This document shows, piece after piece, positions 1 through 8,867 of a DNA stretch of 30,816 nucleotides (the stretch's first letter is position 1; each line of letters starts with the position of its first letter). The notes beneath the pieces were generated by a model, which was not told the origin of the DNA, did not search any database, and saw nothing but the letters and a program-made list of their open reading frames with translations. Location of the stretch: positions 1 through 30,816 of IMG/VR virus record IMGVR_UViG_3300005512_002795. One strand, given 5' to 3'. The position numbers were made by a program, and so were the translations under genes. This DNA is from a virus. Taxonomy: Duplodnaviria; Caudoviricetes.

Positions 1-368
1 TTTTTGGCTTTACTGTAATATTCAAAAAAACTATTGATATCTTGGTTGTTTAAACTTGCTTTAGAACTTAAATTTAAAATTTTTTTACTTTTATTACCTT
101 CCCAAATATTAATCATGGATTTTAATAATTCAGTTTGTCCGTCAAATTGTTCTGGTTTATTCATGGGCAAATCACCATCTGGCCAGGCATTGTTTATAAA
201 AATGTCTGCTTGTTTGGATTCTTCTATGATATTCTTTCTAGATACAGGATCACTTATGTTGTAACCATTGCTTCTGGAAAAGCCCTGCACATCGTGGCCC
301 ATTTGAATAAGATGATCAAATAAACATTTACCAATGCCTTTGGTGTGTCCAGTTATTCGGACTATCAT
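1..368 (-). CDS. Short-chain dehydrogenase/reductase (SDR), partial; 3' end runs off the window
   Basis: Not in the ORF track. Manual translation from ATG 368 gives MIVRITGHTKGIGKCLFDHL...DIFINNAW...ILNLSSKAS...EYYSKAK, with TGxxxGIG, NNA, SS and YxxxK SDR motifs. Confidence 0.8.
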   Translation of the reverse strand, partial: MIVRITGHTKGIGKCLFDHLIQMGHDVQGFSRSNGYNISDPVSRKNIIEESKQADIFINNAWPDGDLPMNKPEQFDGQTELLKSMINIWEGNKSKKILNLSSKASLNNQDINSFFEYYSKAK

Positions 369-376
369 AATTTAGA

Positions 377-1495
377 TTAGTTTAGGTCTACCCAACCCAA
401 TGTTGTGCCGTCAGTGTTGCCTTGGAATTTACCAGTGCCTGTTAGGAAGATAATACTGCCTCTTTGTGGTGTAGGCAGTGCTGTGTCTCTTGCTGACGCA
501 TCTGCGTATATACCTGTACTGATAGGACCAGAGGCGGCTATGCCACCATCTACATCTAATTTTGTGGTAGGATTTAGAATACCGATTCCAAAATTACCAT
601 CTTTGTTGATTACAACCAAGTTGGTGGTTACACCGTTGTCTGGAGTTGTTCCCATCACAATGTTTCCTGGAACAGCACCTGCTCCCACACTTGCTTGTGG
701 ATCAACACCTGCCACTATGAAACTTGATTGTACATATTGTGATCCATCGTGTCCGTAGTGTACGTAACCGAACAATGAATCGTCTGCAACGTTTGCAGTT
801 GGTGTTACAATAGAACCTCTTGATACATATGCTTCGATTGAGTTGAATGTGTTGGCATTGCCGTCATCTGAATAAAGTCTAAGTGAATTTCTGGCTGTGT
901 GATCTGTGTTGAATATTTCTAAACCAACACCTTGTACTGAACTGTTTGTTCCTATTTGAATTCCGTTGCCTGACAAAAGATTTATTTGGCTTCCATCAAA
1001 GTCTAAAACACCGTTTGTGATTCTGTCTGAAGCACCATCAATTCTTAAGTCACCATTATCAGCGTTCACTGTGCCTTTGTGTGTGCCTGTTGAATTACCT
1101 GTCAAATCACCTGTTACATTTCCTGTAACGTCACCTGTTAGGTTGGCTGTTACTGTGCCTGCACCTACATTAACCACCACAGTGGAATCACCGTTAACAA
1201 TGTTACCATTAATTGATACTGCGTCAATGTGTGAAGCGTCCACAGTTTGGAAAAATCCTGTTCTCCAAGAAGCACTGCTTGTTCCTATGTCTCTTGTGTT
1301 TGAAGCATCTGGAGTGATATTGCTTGGCACTGCTAGGTACTGAGCTGACAGTGTTGTGTCTACTTGTATACCACCTGCTGTAGAACCGTCTCCTACGAAT
1401 AGTTTATTAGTGTCTGTATCAAGTACTAGTTCTCCAGCCAAAAATACAACGCCTGTTCTATCTGCTGTAGGTCCTCGTCTAATTTGTAATGCCAT
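377..1495 (-). CDS. Tail fibre / virion structural protein with Mtd/hyaluronidase-type N-terminal domain
   Basis: N-terminus MALQIRRG...GELVLDTDTNKLFVGDG is typical of phage fibre N-domains. It has TGDVTGNVTGDLTG repeats and a GNFGIGILNPTTKLDVDG fibre motif. GGAG SD and a late-promoter motif lie upstream. Confidence 0.75.
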   Translation of the reverse strand: MALQIRRGPTADRTGVVFLAGELVLDTDTNKLFVGDGSTAGGIQVDTTLSAQYLAVPSNITPDASNTRDIGTSSASWRTGFFQTVDASHIDAVSINGNIVNGDSTVVVNVGAGTVTANLTGDVTGNVTGDLTGNSTGTHKGTVNADNGDLRIDGASDRITNGVLDFDGSQINLLSGNGIQIGTNSSVQGVGLEIFNTDHTARNSLRLYSDDGNANTFNSIEAYVSRGSIVTPTANVADDSLFGYVHYGHDGSQYVQSSFIVAGVDPQASVGAGAVPGNIVMGTTPDNGVTTNLVVINKDGNFGIGILNPTTKLDVDGGIAASGPISTGIYADASARDTALPTPQRGSIIFLTGTGKFQGNTDGTTLGWVDLN

Positions 1496-1527
1496 TTGTT
1501 ATATGCTCCTAACGATATAATATACTG

Positions 1528-1534
1528 TATTTAT
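1528..1534 (-). promoter_or_regulatory. T4-like late promoter motif (ATAAATA)
   Basis: Intergenic GAATAAATAC upstream of the fibre gene; resembles the T4 late consensus TATAAATA. Confidence 0.55.
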
Positions 1535-1559
1535 TCCACTTTCAAGATTGCTGGAGTTA

Positions 1560-1889
1560 CTATTTTCGCTTTTTTAGGAAGGTTTTGGTGCGTTTCTGTA
1601 TGTCTGCTTTGACCTTGTTGGTATCTATCCTAAAATCCACGTTTTTGATGTCATTTCCATAGTGTTCAAACAGTTCTTTTATGTTCTTCTCTAATTCTTT
1701 ATTGGTCAGTTTTTGACGGTTGGGTTTGACCCTTATTTCCCACTGTTTGCCATCCTTGAACTGCACTTTGAGAGATAGCAAGTATTGTACAGGGATAGAT
1801 TCTATGCGAAGGTCACCGAACACTTCGGGCCAGTGAGCCACCACTTCCTTAGGCAGTTTCTTTTTGGTGAACTTGACCACTACAGACAC
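1560..1889 (-). CDS. Hypothetical protein
   Basis: 109-aa basic ORF packed co-directionally with its neighbours. Confidence 0.7.
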   Translation of the reverse strand: MSVVVKFTKKKLPKEVVAHWPEVFGDLRIESIPVQYLLSLKVQFKDGKQWEIRVKPNRQKLTNKELEKNIKELFEHYGNDIKNVDFRIDTNKVKADIQKRTKTFLKKRK

Positions 1890-1895
1890 TATGCT

Positions 1896-2465
1896 TTACT
1901 TAGACTTTTTCTTTGTTGGCGATAGATCCTCTGCTTCAGCACGTAATCTAGCCGCTTCTTTGTACAAACGATCCGCATCACTTCTCATACGACTTGCTAA
2001 TTGTTCATCAGTAAGAGGTTGTTCTCCTGCTGGAATATTTGCAGTCTGCGATGAAGCCACTGTGGTTGCTTGAGCAGTTGGTTTAACAGACAATTGATCC
2101 ACTGTCACTCCACGCTGTTCAGCAATGATTTTGTTCAATTCATCCAATCCAATTGTAGCATTGGTGTTTGGAATCATCTCTACCTCTTTAGTGGCAACTT
2201 TGGTCAACTTTCCTGTTTGGTGGAACTTCACCAACATATTCTGACCATCTGGTGTTTGACTTCTTTGTAGTGCTTCATGCAGTTCAAAAGAAGTTTGTGC
2301 TGTGTTGCTTTCAACCACACTCATTAAAGCGTCGTGATCTAGAGCATCTAAATCCACAGTTGATATGACAAGAGCAGATTCTGGTTCACCTGGCAATGTT
2401 CTGTATGCCACAGCAACTTTTTCTCTACTCTTTTTCATTCTACCTACGTGTTTTATGTCTGGCAT
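1896..2465 (-). CDS. Hypothetical phage protein with C-terminal coiled coil
   Basis: 189-aa ORF; its ATG overlaps the upstream stop (TAATG). Confidence 0.75.
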   Translation of the reverse strand: MPDIKHVGRMKKSREKVAVAYRTLPGEPESALVISTVDLDALDHDALMSVVESNTAQTSFELHEALQRSQTPDGQNMLVKFHQTGKLTKVATKEVEMIPNTNATIGLDELNKIIAEQRGVTVDQLSVKPTAQATTVASSQTANIPAGEQPLTDEQLASRMRSDADRLYKEAARLRAEAEDLSPTKKKSK

Positions 2466-2779
2466 TATTTTGCCTCCGCTGGTTTGTCACCTTCTGGGGT
2501 GTTTGTTTTATTAGCATCTTTCTGAGACTGTTCAACAATCTTTAAAAATGCTTCTAGTTTATTATAAGTTGCACCCACCATTGCCATTTCGTTGGCTCTG
2601 AATGCTCCTCTTTGACTCGCAACGTCAATGATCTGTTTCAAAACATTTAAGTCTTGTACAGTCAATTCTGCTCCAGCACCTGCTTGAGTTTTTGGTGCTT
2701 CAGTCGACGCTGGTTGATTGACAACTTGATCCTGAGTAGGAGTTGTCACTGTTTTTGTATTTGTATCTGTCATTTTCAT
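2465..2779 (-). CDS. Hypothetical phage protein
   Basis: 104-aa ORF with AAGGAG SD; core LTVQDLNVLKQIIDVASQRGAFRANEM. Confidence 0.75.
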   Translation of the reverse strand: MKMTDTNTKTVTTPTQDQVVNQPASTEAPKTQAGAGAELTVQDLNVLKQIIDVASQRGAFRANEMAMVGATYNKLEAFLKIVEQSQKDANKTNTPEGDKPAEAK

Positions 2780-2809
2780 GAGCTCCTTTTATATTTGTAT
2801 ATACAAAGG

Positions 2810-2815
2810 TATTTA
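2810..2815 (-). promoter_or_regulatory. T4-like late promoter motif (TAAATA)
   Basis: TTAAATAC overlapping the stop of the upstream gene, ~30 nt before the next ATG. Confidence 0.45.
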
Positions 2816-3100
2816 ATGACGTTTGATAAATGGGCAACTAAGATTGAATATAGAAAGTTCTTTTGAGTTTTCGAATCCTACCAAAATATAATTTTGTATT
2901 TTTCCATCAATATCTACATCAAGATGTTTGCCTACATAGAATCTGCCTTTAAGGTTTTCCAAAATCCATTTTTCTATGATGTCTTCATTGTCGTTCCAAT
3001 CATAGTTTAATTTTAAGAATTCTAGACCCTTGGGTTTTTTGGTAAATTGTCTACAGTTGAAATAGTTTAAAGGATTTACTTGATTGGTTTTCGAAAACAT
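2813..3100 (-). CDS. Hypothetical protein
   Basis: 95-aa ORF coupled by a TAATG overlap to the upstream gene. Confidence 0.7.
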   Translation of the reverse strand: MFSKTNQVNPLNYFNCRQFTKKPKGLEFLKLNYDWNDNEDIIEKWILENLKGRFYVGKHLDVDIDGKIQNYILVGFENSKELSIFNLSCPFIKRH

Positions 3101-4350
3101 TATTCGTAGTGTACAGTTGTTCCAAAAGGTGCTTCCATATTCTTATCATGATGACCATTTATCACAAATAATGTATCACAATAATTTTCATCACCCCATG
3201 TATCCCAAGGATAGCCATCTGTAAACATAATAAACTTCTTAGGCACAATGTCGTTTTCTTTCATGTATTCCCAGTTTGCCATAAAATCTGTACCACCTCC
3301 ACCTTCCATTTTGTAACTGTCTATGGATTCACCAGATGCGTTAAAGTCTTGTTCATTGTGTACAGCAGTATCAAAACACCATATCTTAATGTTGTAATCT
3401 TTGTATTGATCCATAATGCCTTGCACTTCGCCTAGGAAATCTTCAACCTGTTGATTCATAATAGAACCTGAAGTGTCTATGGCAATACAAATATCAATTG
3501 TTTCATCATAGTTTGTGCCTGGCAGTATCACACCTGAATGCCAACCTTTTCTGCTGGGTCTTGCGAAAGTGTAATCATTTTTTACCACACTCTGAATCTG
3601 TTGTTGTAGTAATTCTCTCCAATTCATTTTCGGCTCTGTGAACTGTTGAATAATTCTTTCAACTTCTTTAGGCAAGTTGCCAGCACCAGCCGCCTGTGCC
3701 GCCGCCATCATAGATTCTTTAATCTCATTTTTAATCTGTTCCATTTCTTCTTTGGAATAAGCAGGAGCCTTACCTTTTTGTTTACTGTTAGGATCTTGTT
3801 CCGTTCCACCTGTGCTTTCACCTTTTTCCCAATCAATGTGTTCATCCAACAGTTTGCCTAATTGTTCCATTGCCTTTTTACCTTTTTTGTAGATGTCATC
3901 ATACACGGCTTCACTTGCCCAACCATCATACTTCCAGTCTTGGAATATTTCTACATCCTTAGGTTTCTCTCCAATGTTATCTCTAACCAATGTATTGTTC
4001 ACAATATAATCACAAGCGATGTTATGAAGTTGTGGATCTCTGTCTTCTCTTCTAGTCATGTGATCAAACACACAGTGAAGTATTTCATGAGCAATAACAA
4101 ATTCTATTTCTTTAGATGTCATCTTGCTGAAAAACTCTGTGTTAAAAAATAAGTTTCTGCCATCAGTTGCCGCAGTAGGACACCAGTCATCACATTCTTT
4201 GATCTGTAATCTTGTTGCCATGTTACCGAAAAAAGGATGTCTCAACAACAATCCAACTCTTGCTACCACAATTTTATCGATAACTTCTGCTCTCAAGTGC
4301 TTTAATTCTTCTGGACTTAATTCTTTTTTTTCTAAAATCTCTGTGCTCAT
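3100..4350 (-). CDS. Metallopeptidase-like (HEXXH) plus vWA domain protein (DUF2201-like), MoxR partner
   Basis: TAATDG, HEILH zinc motif, C-terminal IDTSGS MIDAS, GGGGTDF and FTDGY; adjacent to an AAA+ ATPase. Confidence 0.85.
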   Translation of the reverse strand: MSTEILEKKELSPEELKHLRAEVIDKIVVARVGLLLRHPFFGNMATRLQIKECDDWCPTAATDGRNLFFNTEFFSKMTSKEIEFVIAHEILHCVFDHMTRREDRDPQLHNIACDYIVNNTLVRDNIGEKPKDVEIFQDWKYDGWASEAVYDDIYKKGKKAMEQLGKLLDEHIDWEKGESTGGTEQDPNSKQKGKAPAYSKEEMEQIKNEIKESMMAAAQAAGAGNLPKEVERIIQQFTEPKMNWRELLQQQIQSVVKNDYTFARPSRKGWHSGVILPGTNYDETIDICIAIDTSGSIMNQQVEDFLGEVQGIMDQYKDYNIKIWCFDTAVHNEQDFNASGESIDSYKMEGGGGTDFMANWEYMKENDIVPKKFIMFTDGYPWDTWGDENYCDTLFVINGHHDKNMEAPFGTTVHYE

Positions 4351-4356
4351 ATTATT

Positions 4357-4385
4357 ATAATACTTTCTTTTGGTAATTTAGTCAA
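4357..4385 (-). promoter_or_regulatory. Sigma70-type promoter TTGACT-N17-TATTAT
   Basis: -35 at 4380-4385 and -10 at 4357-4362 with a 17-nt spacer, intergenic. Confidence 0.7.
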
Positions 4386-4397
4386 CCGTTTTTTGGT

Positions 4398-4424
4398 ATA
4401 GGGCACCGGTAAAAAGTGCCCTAT
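4398..4424. other. 9-bp inverted repeat (ATAGGGCAC...GTGCCCTAT), possible mRNA hairpin or terminator
   Basis: Perfect stem just downstream of the AAA+ stop; no clear U-tract on the coding strand. Confidence 0.45.
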
Positions 4425-4435
4425 CCTCAACACTT

Positions 4436-5548
4436 TTATTTGATGCTTTGAGCGGCAGTAATATACTTGCCGTATTTTTCATGGAATTCATCAAAACATT
4501 TGACTGCATCAGGATCAATCGGTAATTGATACTGAGTTAATGCCATCTTGATACCCATAACAACAAGTTCTGTATCAAAGTTGTCCATCATAAATCTAAG
4601 AAACTTATTGACTTTGTCGTTAAATTTCTTATCTTTCTTGTCATTTGCTTCTTTGAGTTCATAACATAATGAAACCGTAAGCGAGTACATTGCTGAGATT
4701 TCTTTCGATTTCAGTTCTGTTATTTTGCCTTCAAGTATTTCTGAAGGATTAGGTAACTGTGAAGCCACCTTTCTATGAGCCATGAACTTGACCGCAAGTC
4801 CTTCGCCCACTGCACCACTGACCAGATCGGTCACAGTGTTTTCATCCAGTTCATCCGATAGTAATTCACTAACGAAAGACCAAGATCTCGGAGTAGCAAA
4901 AGAACGACTTGGAGATTTAGGATCAAAGTCATACAAGTCCTTCTTGCTAAAAGTTAGATATCCAACAACGTCTTTGTTCACATTGTTAGCCACTGCCCAT
5001 TCAAACCAGTCATCAAATTCTGGTTTCATTTCCAAGTGGATAAATCTGTTTGCCAACGGAGCAGGCATTCTGTAAACAACGCCTTTGTCTGCCTCTCTGT
5101 TACCAGCCGCCACAATCAACACATTGTCAGGCAATTCATACTGCCCAACTCTTCTGTTTAAGATCAATTGATAAGCCGCCGCCTGTACTGACGGAGCCGC
5201 TGAATTCATTTCATCCAAAAACAACACAATGTTCTTGTGTTTCTTTGCCATTGCTTGAGTAGGCAGTTCTGCCGGTGATGCCCAAGTCATATTGTTTTCT
5301 TTTGAATTAAAATATGGAATACCTTTGATATCTGTAGGCTCCCATAAACTTAATCTAATATCAATAACTTTTGCTTCAATTGTTTTAGCAATTTGGTGAA
5401 TGATATCTGATTTACCAATTCCAGGACCACCCCATAAAAAGATAGGTCTTTTAATTTTTAATGCGTGTAATATACTCGCCTTTGCCTTGTTTGGCGACAA
5501 CTGTCTGGTTGTAATGCCAGGCTCTTGTGTGCTCTTTTGTTTTACCAT
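4436..5548 (-). CDS. MoxR-like AAA+ ATPase
   Basis: Walker A GGPGIGKS, Walker B LFLDE, sensor AAGN, PLANRF arginine finger and TPRSW. Confidence 0.9.
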   Translation of the reverse strand: MVKQKSTQEPGITTRQLSPNKAKASILHALKIKRPIFLWGGPGIGKSDIIHQIAKTIEAKVIDIRLSLWEPTDIKGIPYFNSKENNMTWASPAELPTQAMAKKHKNIVLFLDEMNSAAPSVQAAAYQLILNRRVGQYELPDNVLIVAAGNREADKGVVYRMPAPLANRFIHLEMKPEFDDWFEWAVANNVNKDVVGYLTFSKKDLYDFDPKSPSRSFATPRSWSFVSELLSDELDENTVTDLVSGAVGEGLAVKFMAHRKVASQLPNPSEILEGKITELKSKEISAMYSLTVSLCYELKEANDKKDKKFNDKVNKFLRFMMDNFDTELVVMGIKMALTQYQLPIDPDAVKCFDEFHEKYGKYITAAQSIK

Positions 5549-5584
5549 TTAATGTACTCCTCGTTAAATTGTTGTTATAGTTTA

Positions 5585-5613
5585 ATAATACATTCTGGCA
5601 ATCAAAAAGTCAA
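5585..5613 (-). promoter_or_regulatory. Sigma70-type promoter TTGACT-N17-TATTAT
   Basis: -35 at 5608-5613 and -10 at 5585-5590; GAGGAG SD follows before ATG 5548. Confidence 0.7.
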
Positions 5614-5661
5614 GCACCTAAGAAGTCAAGGTTTATGCGGATTCTAGCGTCTGTGGATAAC

Positions 5662-6051
5662 TTATTCTTGGGATTCCAGCCTAGAAAGTGCTTTGTTGAG
5701 ACCATATTTTCTGATATCTCCGGAGAACAGCATCAATTCCATAGCCTTCTTTTCATTGGTCACAATCACACCATCGTCAGCAAGGTAGTAAGGACAGTCA
5801 ATATATTTGTCTAAGAATATGATGGTTTGTGTGGTAAGGTTGAAATCTATAGGAAAAGGCACATCATAAGTTTGAAGTTGCAGTTTGTCCTTGATAAAAG
5901 TGAGTCCTTCATCAGTCAATCTCAAACCTCCTGATTCTTTGTTTCTGCTGTTCTTCCACCATTTAGGCATATATTCTCGCATGGTGTTTTCACCTATGCT
6001 GATGTCAGCCTGCTTTAGGAATACTTTGGTATAGGTTTCTTTCCAGTTCAT
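5662..6051 (-). CDS. Hypothetical phage protein
   Basis: 129-aa ORF with an ATGA overlap with the upstream gene. Confidence 0.75.
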   Translation of the reverse strand: MNWKETYTKVFLKQADISIGENTMREYMPKWWKNSRNKESGGLRLTDEGLTFIKDKLQLQTYDVPFPIDFNLTTQTIIFLDKYIDCPYYLADDGVIVTNEKKAMELMLFSGDIRKYGLNKALSRLESQE

Positions 6052-6338
6052 TTTTCACTGACAGTTTCACCCTGGGTCAATTTGACCACTGTGAAGTCTT
6101 CAGTGTTGAACATGGTGTTCATCTTTTTGGCTAGATTGAATGCGTGTCCAGGATTTGAAAACGATACTTTCTTGTATTTTGGACCCGGGTAGTTGTTCAG
6201 CATATTGGCTGATTTCAAATTGAATGGTTTATTTTGGTAGAATACTGCCCATATACCTTCAGCCGCTAGGACCTGTTCGCTCTTGTATGATTTGCGATCT
6301 GTGTGTTCCAGTAAAATCGTAGGTTTAGGTCGCGACAC
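6048..6338 (-). CDS. Hypothetical phage protein
   Basis: 96-aa ORF with a GTG start preceded by an AGAGGAG SD. Confidence 0.75.
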   Translation of the reverse strand: MSRPKPTILLEHTDRKSYKSEQVLAAEGIWAVFYQNKPFNLKSANMLNNYPGPKYKKVSFSNPGHAFNLAKKMNTMFNTEDFTVVKLTQGETVSEK

Positions 6339-6459
6339 GGATGACTCCTCTAATATTTTTTTGGCCCGTGTAGGATTCCGGGTTTTTCACCGTTTTTCCA
6401 AAGTACATCAACCCTGTTTGGTTGTGTTTTTTGAGATATAGATAGGTTATGGTACTCAT
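6325..6459 (-). pseudogene. Truncated GIY-YIG homing endonuclease remnant (44 aa)
   Basis: Manual translation MSTITYLYLKKHNQTGLMYFGKTVKNPESYTGQKNIRGVIRVAT*. YLY...YFGKT...Y.G matches the N-terminus of GIY-YIG nucleases, then the ORF stops early. Confidence 0.7.
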
Positions 6460-6478
6460 ATATAATATGAGTATTTAT
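6453..6478 (-). promoter_or_regulatory. Late promoter (ATAAATA, 6472-6478) overlapping a 9-bp hairpin that sequesters the ATG at 6459
   Basis: Perfect inverted repeat TACTCATAT-ata-ATATGAGTA at 6453-6473. Confidence 0.6.
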
Positions 6479-6493
6479 CTAAAATAAGATGTA

Positions 6494-6733
6494 TTATAGA
6501 TTACCGCCGTCTACTTTGACTTCTATTGCTTGGTCTTCTGTGCTTGTATTCTGTGCTATTAGACCCTCATAGTCGCCCGCTAAACGGGCCAACACTGTGG
6601 CTAGGCTGTATGTGACTTGCTTGGCTGTGTTGATGTCTAAACGCACTTCTTTTTGATTGCTGAGATCAGCACCTTTAACTTGTTGTATGAATTGTTGTAT
6701 ACTGGCTGTGTTAATAGGTTCTTTTGTTGGCAT
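6494..6733 (-). CDS. Hypothetical phage protein
   Basis: 79-aa ORF in a co-directional array. Confidence 0.7.
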   Translation of the reverse strand: MPTKEPINTASIQQFIQQVKGADLSNQKEVRLDINTAKQVTYSLATVLARLAGDYEGLIAQNTSTEDQAIEVKVDGGNL

Positions 6734-7208
6734 TGCTTAACTCCGTTTTCATTTCTAATGATGTTCTAAATGGGCCTTTGAATGGATAGTTTTCCAAAGT
6801 CAACAGTTTAGGGCAATAACTTCGTACCCATCCTTTTTCAAACTGAATAATGTAATATCCAGCACAATATAAACTTTTTGATTTTTTGCTTTTATTGAAC
6901 AAAGGCAGTTTACGTTTTACATCAAACACCATATTGTAAGGTTTAAATTTTGAAGGATAGTCATACACTGTGTTGTCTTCATTTTCTTTTACTTCTGCTG
7001 GAGCACTAACTGTGGATCCCCACATCCAATCTCCGCTGAAATTTTTCTGAAGTTGTTGTTGATTGTCGAATATTTTTGTGCCATCGGAGCAACTGAACAT
7101 ATATCTTCTATCTTCCTGTCTACATATTGTGCCTACTTTTTGTCCGTCTGATTCTAATATCCAGAATCTGTTTTCTAATATCGGCTTTGCAAAAAACTTT
7201 GTTGTCAT
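6711..7208 (-). CDS. Hypothetical phage protein
   Basis: 165-aa ORF with an ATGA overlap with the RNase H stop. Confidence 0.75.
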   Translation of the reverse strand: MTTKFFAKPILENRFWILESDGQKVGTICRQEDRRYMFSCSDGTKIFDNQQQLQKNFSGDWMWGSTVSAPAEVKENEDNTVYDYPSKFKPYNMVFDVKRKLPLFNKSKKSKSLYCAGYYIIQFEKGWVRSYCPKLLTLENYPFKGPFRTSLEMKTELSNANKRTY

Positions 7209-8203
7209 GCTGTTACCTCTTCTTTCATTTTGTATTTTGCGTTTAATGGATCAGCATAACTTTGCGGGTATTCAGCAATTTTTTGCATATCCCATTTGGC
7301 ACAAAACTTAATTAATTTTAATCCTACTTGTTCAATCTGTTTGGGTTGAACAGACTTCACTGTTTCATTGATGATCTTTCTAATTTCTTCTGGCTGTGCT
7401 GTCAAATCACACAGTGTTACATTTCTTTGATAATCGTCCAGCACACGATGTTCTTCACCATTATGATCCAACCAACGTTGTAACATCATATTGTTCCAGT
7501 TGTATCCTTTAGAAGTTCTATCTTCAAATGCTTCTTGTAAACCAACTTTCTTTTTTGTGCCTTTTGTACGCACACCTGGAAAAGCCGAAAATACATTGTC
7601 TGCTGTGTCACCTCTCATGCATTTTTCAAACAATAACCATTCAGGATTTGGCGCAGGCTTGTCTTCACCTGTTTTCTTATCCTTAACTCTGTTGCCTTTG
7701 TCGTCAAAATAACCTTCATGTGTTATAGTGGTTTCTGTAATACCGTTGTATTGGCACACATTAGGAGCAATCAATTGAGCAAAATCGCCATCTGTGCTCA
7801 CTATGATGTGATTATCATCAGGATGTGCTTGTATAAAGCCAGCAATTAAATCATCTGCTTCCAATTGTGGATGATGTAGTGTGGTACAATTTGTTTTTGT
7901 TTCTATAAACTCTTTAAAATTATCAAAGGTTTCCCAAAAAACTTGATCTTCTTCCACTTCTCTTTCTGTTCTGGCTTCTCTAGCCTCGCTTCTGTTTCTT
8001 TTGTATGGTGTATAAAAGTCCTTGCGCCATGATCTACCTTCCAAACAAAAAATTACATGATCGCCTTTGAAGTCTTGCCATACTTTTCTAATAGAATTGA
8101 ATGTGATATGTAATGCCATACCAACTTTTGAATCCAAATCACTCTGTATTGCGTGTCTGGCTCTAAAGAATGTGTTAGCAGTATCTACAAGTATGTAATT
8201 CAT
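7205..8203 (-). CDS. rnh: T4-type RNase H / 5'-3' flap exonuclease
   Basis: ILVD, YKRNR, LEADDLIA, STDGDFAQL and GDTADNV FEN/RNase H motifs. Confidence 0.88.
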   Translation of the reverse strand: MNYILVDTANTFFRARHAIQSDLDSKVGMALHITFNSIRKVWQDFKGDHVIFCLEGRSWRKDFYTPYKRNRSEAREARTEREVEEDQVFWETFDNFKEFIETKTNCTTLHHPQLEADDLIAGFIQAHPDDNHIIVSTDGDFAQLIAPNVCQYNGITETTITHEGYFDDKGNRVKDKKTGEDKPAPNPEWLLFEKCMRGDTADNVFSAFPGVRTKGTKKKVGLQEAFEDRTSKGYNWNNMMLQRWLDHNGEEHRVLDDYQRNVTLCDLTAQPEEIRKIINETVKSVQPKQIEQVGLKLIKFCAKWDMQKIAEYPQSYADPLNAKYKMKEEVTA

Positions 8204-8418
8204 TAGTATTTTCTTACAATATGCTTTCTTAATGCTCTAGTCAACTCTTCAATTTTATCAATGATACTGATCAAACTGGGATCTGTAATGTACTTGCCAG
8301 CCTCTTTTGCTTGATCTCTTAAAGCATCATATTCTCTAATTGATATACGCACCATTGGACTAGTATCACGTGTAGATTCATTCTCATATGTTGCGTCTTC
8401 TGATCTGTCATCTGTCAT
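8203..8418 (-). CDS. Hypothetical protein
   Basis: 71-aa ORF with AAGGAG SD. Confidence 0.7.
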   Translation of the reverse strand: MTDDRSEDATYENESTRDTSPMVRISIREYDALRDQAKEAGKYITDPSLISIIDKIEELTRALRKHIVRKY

Positions 8419-8429
8419 TTTATTCTCCT

Positions 8430-8810
8430 TTAACTTATTTCTGATTTGTCGTCACTTAGATTTTTTGTGTTGATATATCCAGCACCTCTTGTTGGATCCA
8501 TACCTTCTTCTTGAAGTATGTTTCTTGCTATTGTTCTAAACCAAGCATCCACAATTTGTTCATTGCTTTCGCCTTTGTATCCTGCGTCCAACAATTTTTC
8601 TATGAATTCGTTGTTCCAATCCAATTCAAAAAATCCGTTTTTGATGTTGTCTTCATTTATTTTTGTGTCCAACACACCCACCCAAGGTTCTCCTTTACGA
8701 GTTGCTTCTTCTTTTTCTTTCATCAATGCTTCTAATCTTGGATTGGATTCTTCTGGTTTTGTTTCTTTCTTCTTAACAAATATGTCTTTTACTTTTTTTA
8801 CTATATCCAT
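8430..8810 (-). CDS. Hypothetical phage protein
   Basis: 126-aa ORF with GGAG SD; core GEPWV...GFFELDWNNEF. Confidence 0.75.
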   Translation of the reverse strand: MDIVKKVKDIFVKKKETKPEESNPRLEALMKEKEEATRKGEPWVGVLDTKINEDNIKNGFFELDWNNEFIEKLLDAGYKGESNEQIVDAWFRTIARNILQEEGMDPTRGAGYINTKNLSDDKSEIS

Positions 8811-8867
8811 TTTTTTATCTCCGATATTTCTTTTAGTCTTTGTTCTTCTCTGTCCTTCATCATCTCT

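Noticed and set aside
1080-1145. 12-nt periodic repeats in the fibre gene
   Set aside because: They encode TG[DN][VL] peptide repeats common in fibres; not a CRISPR array or a DGR repeat.
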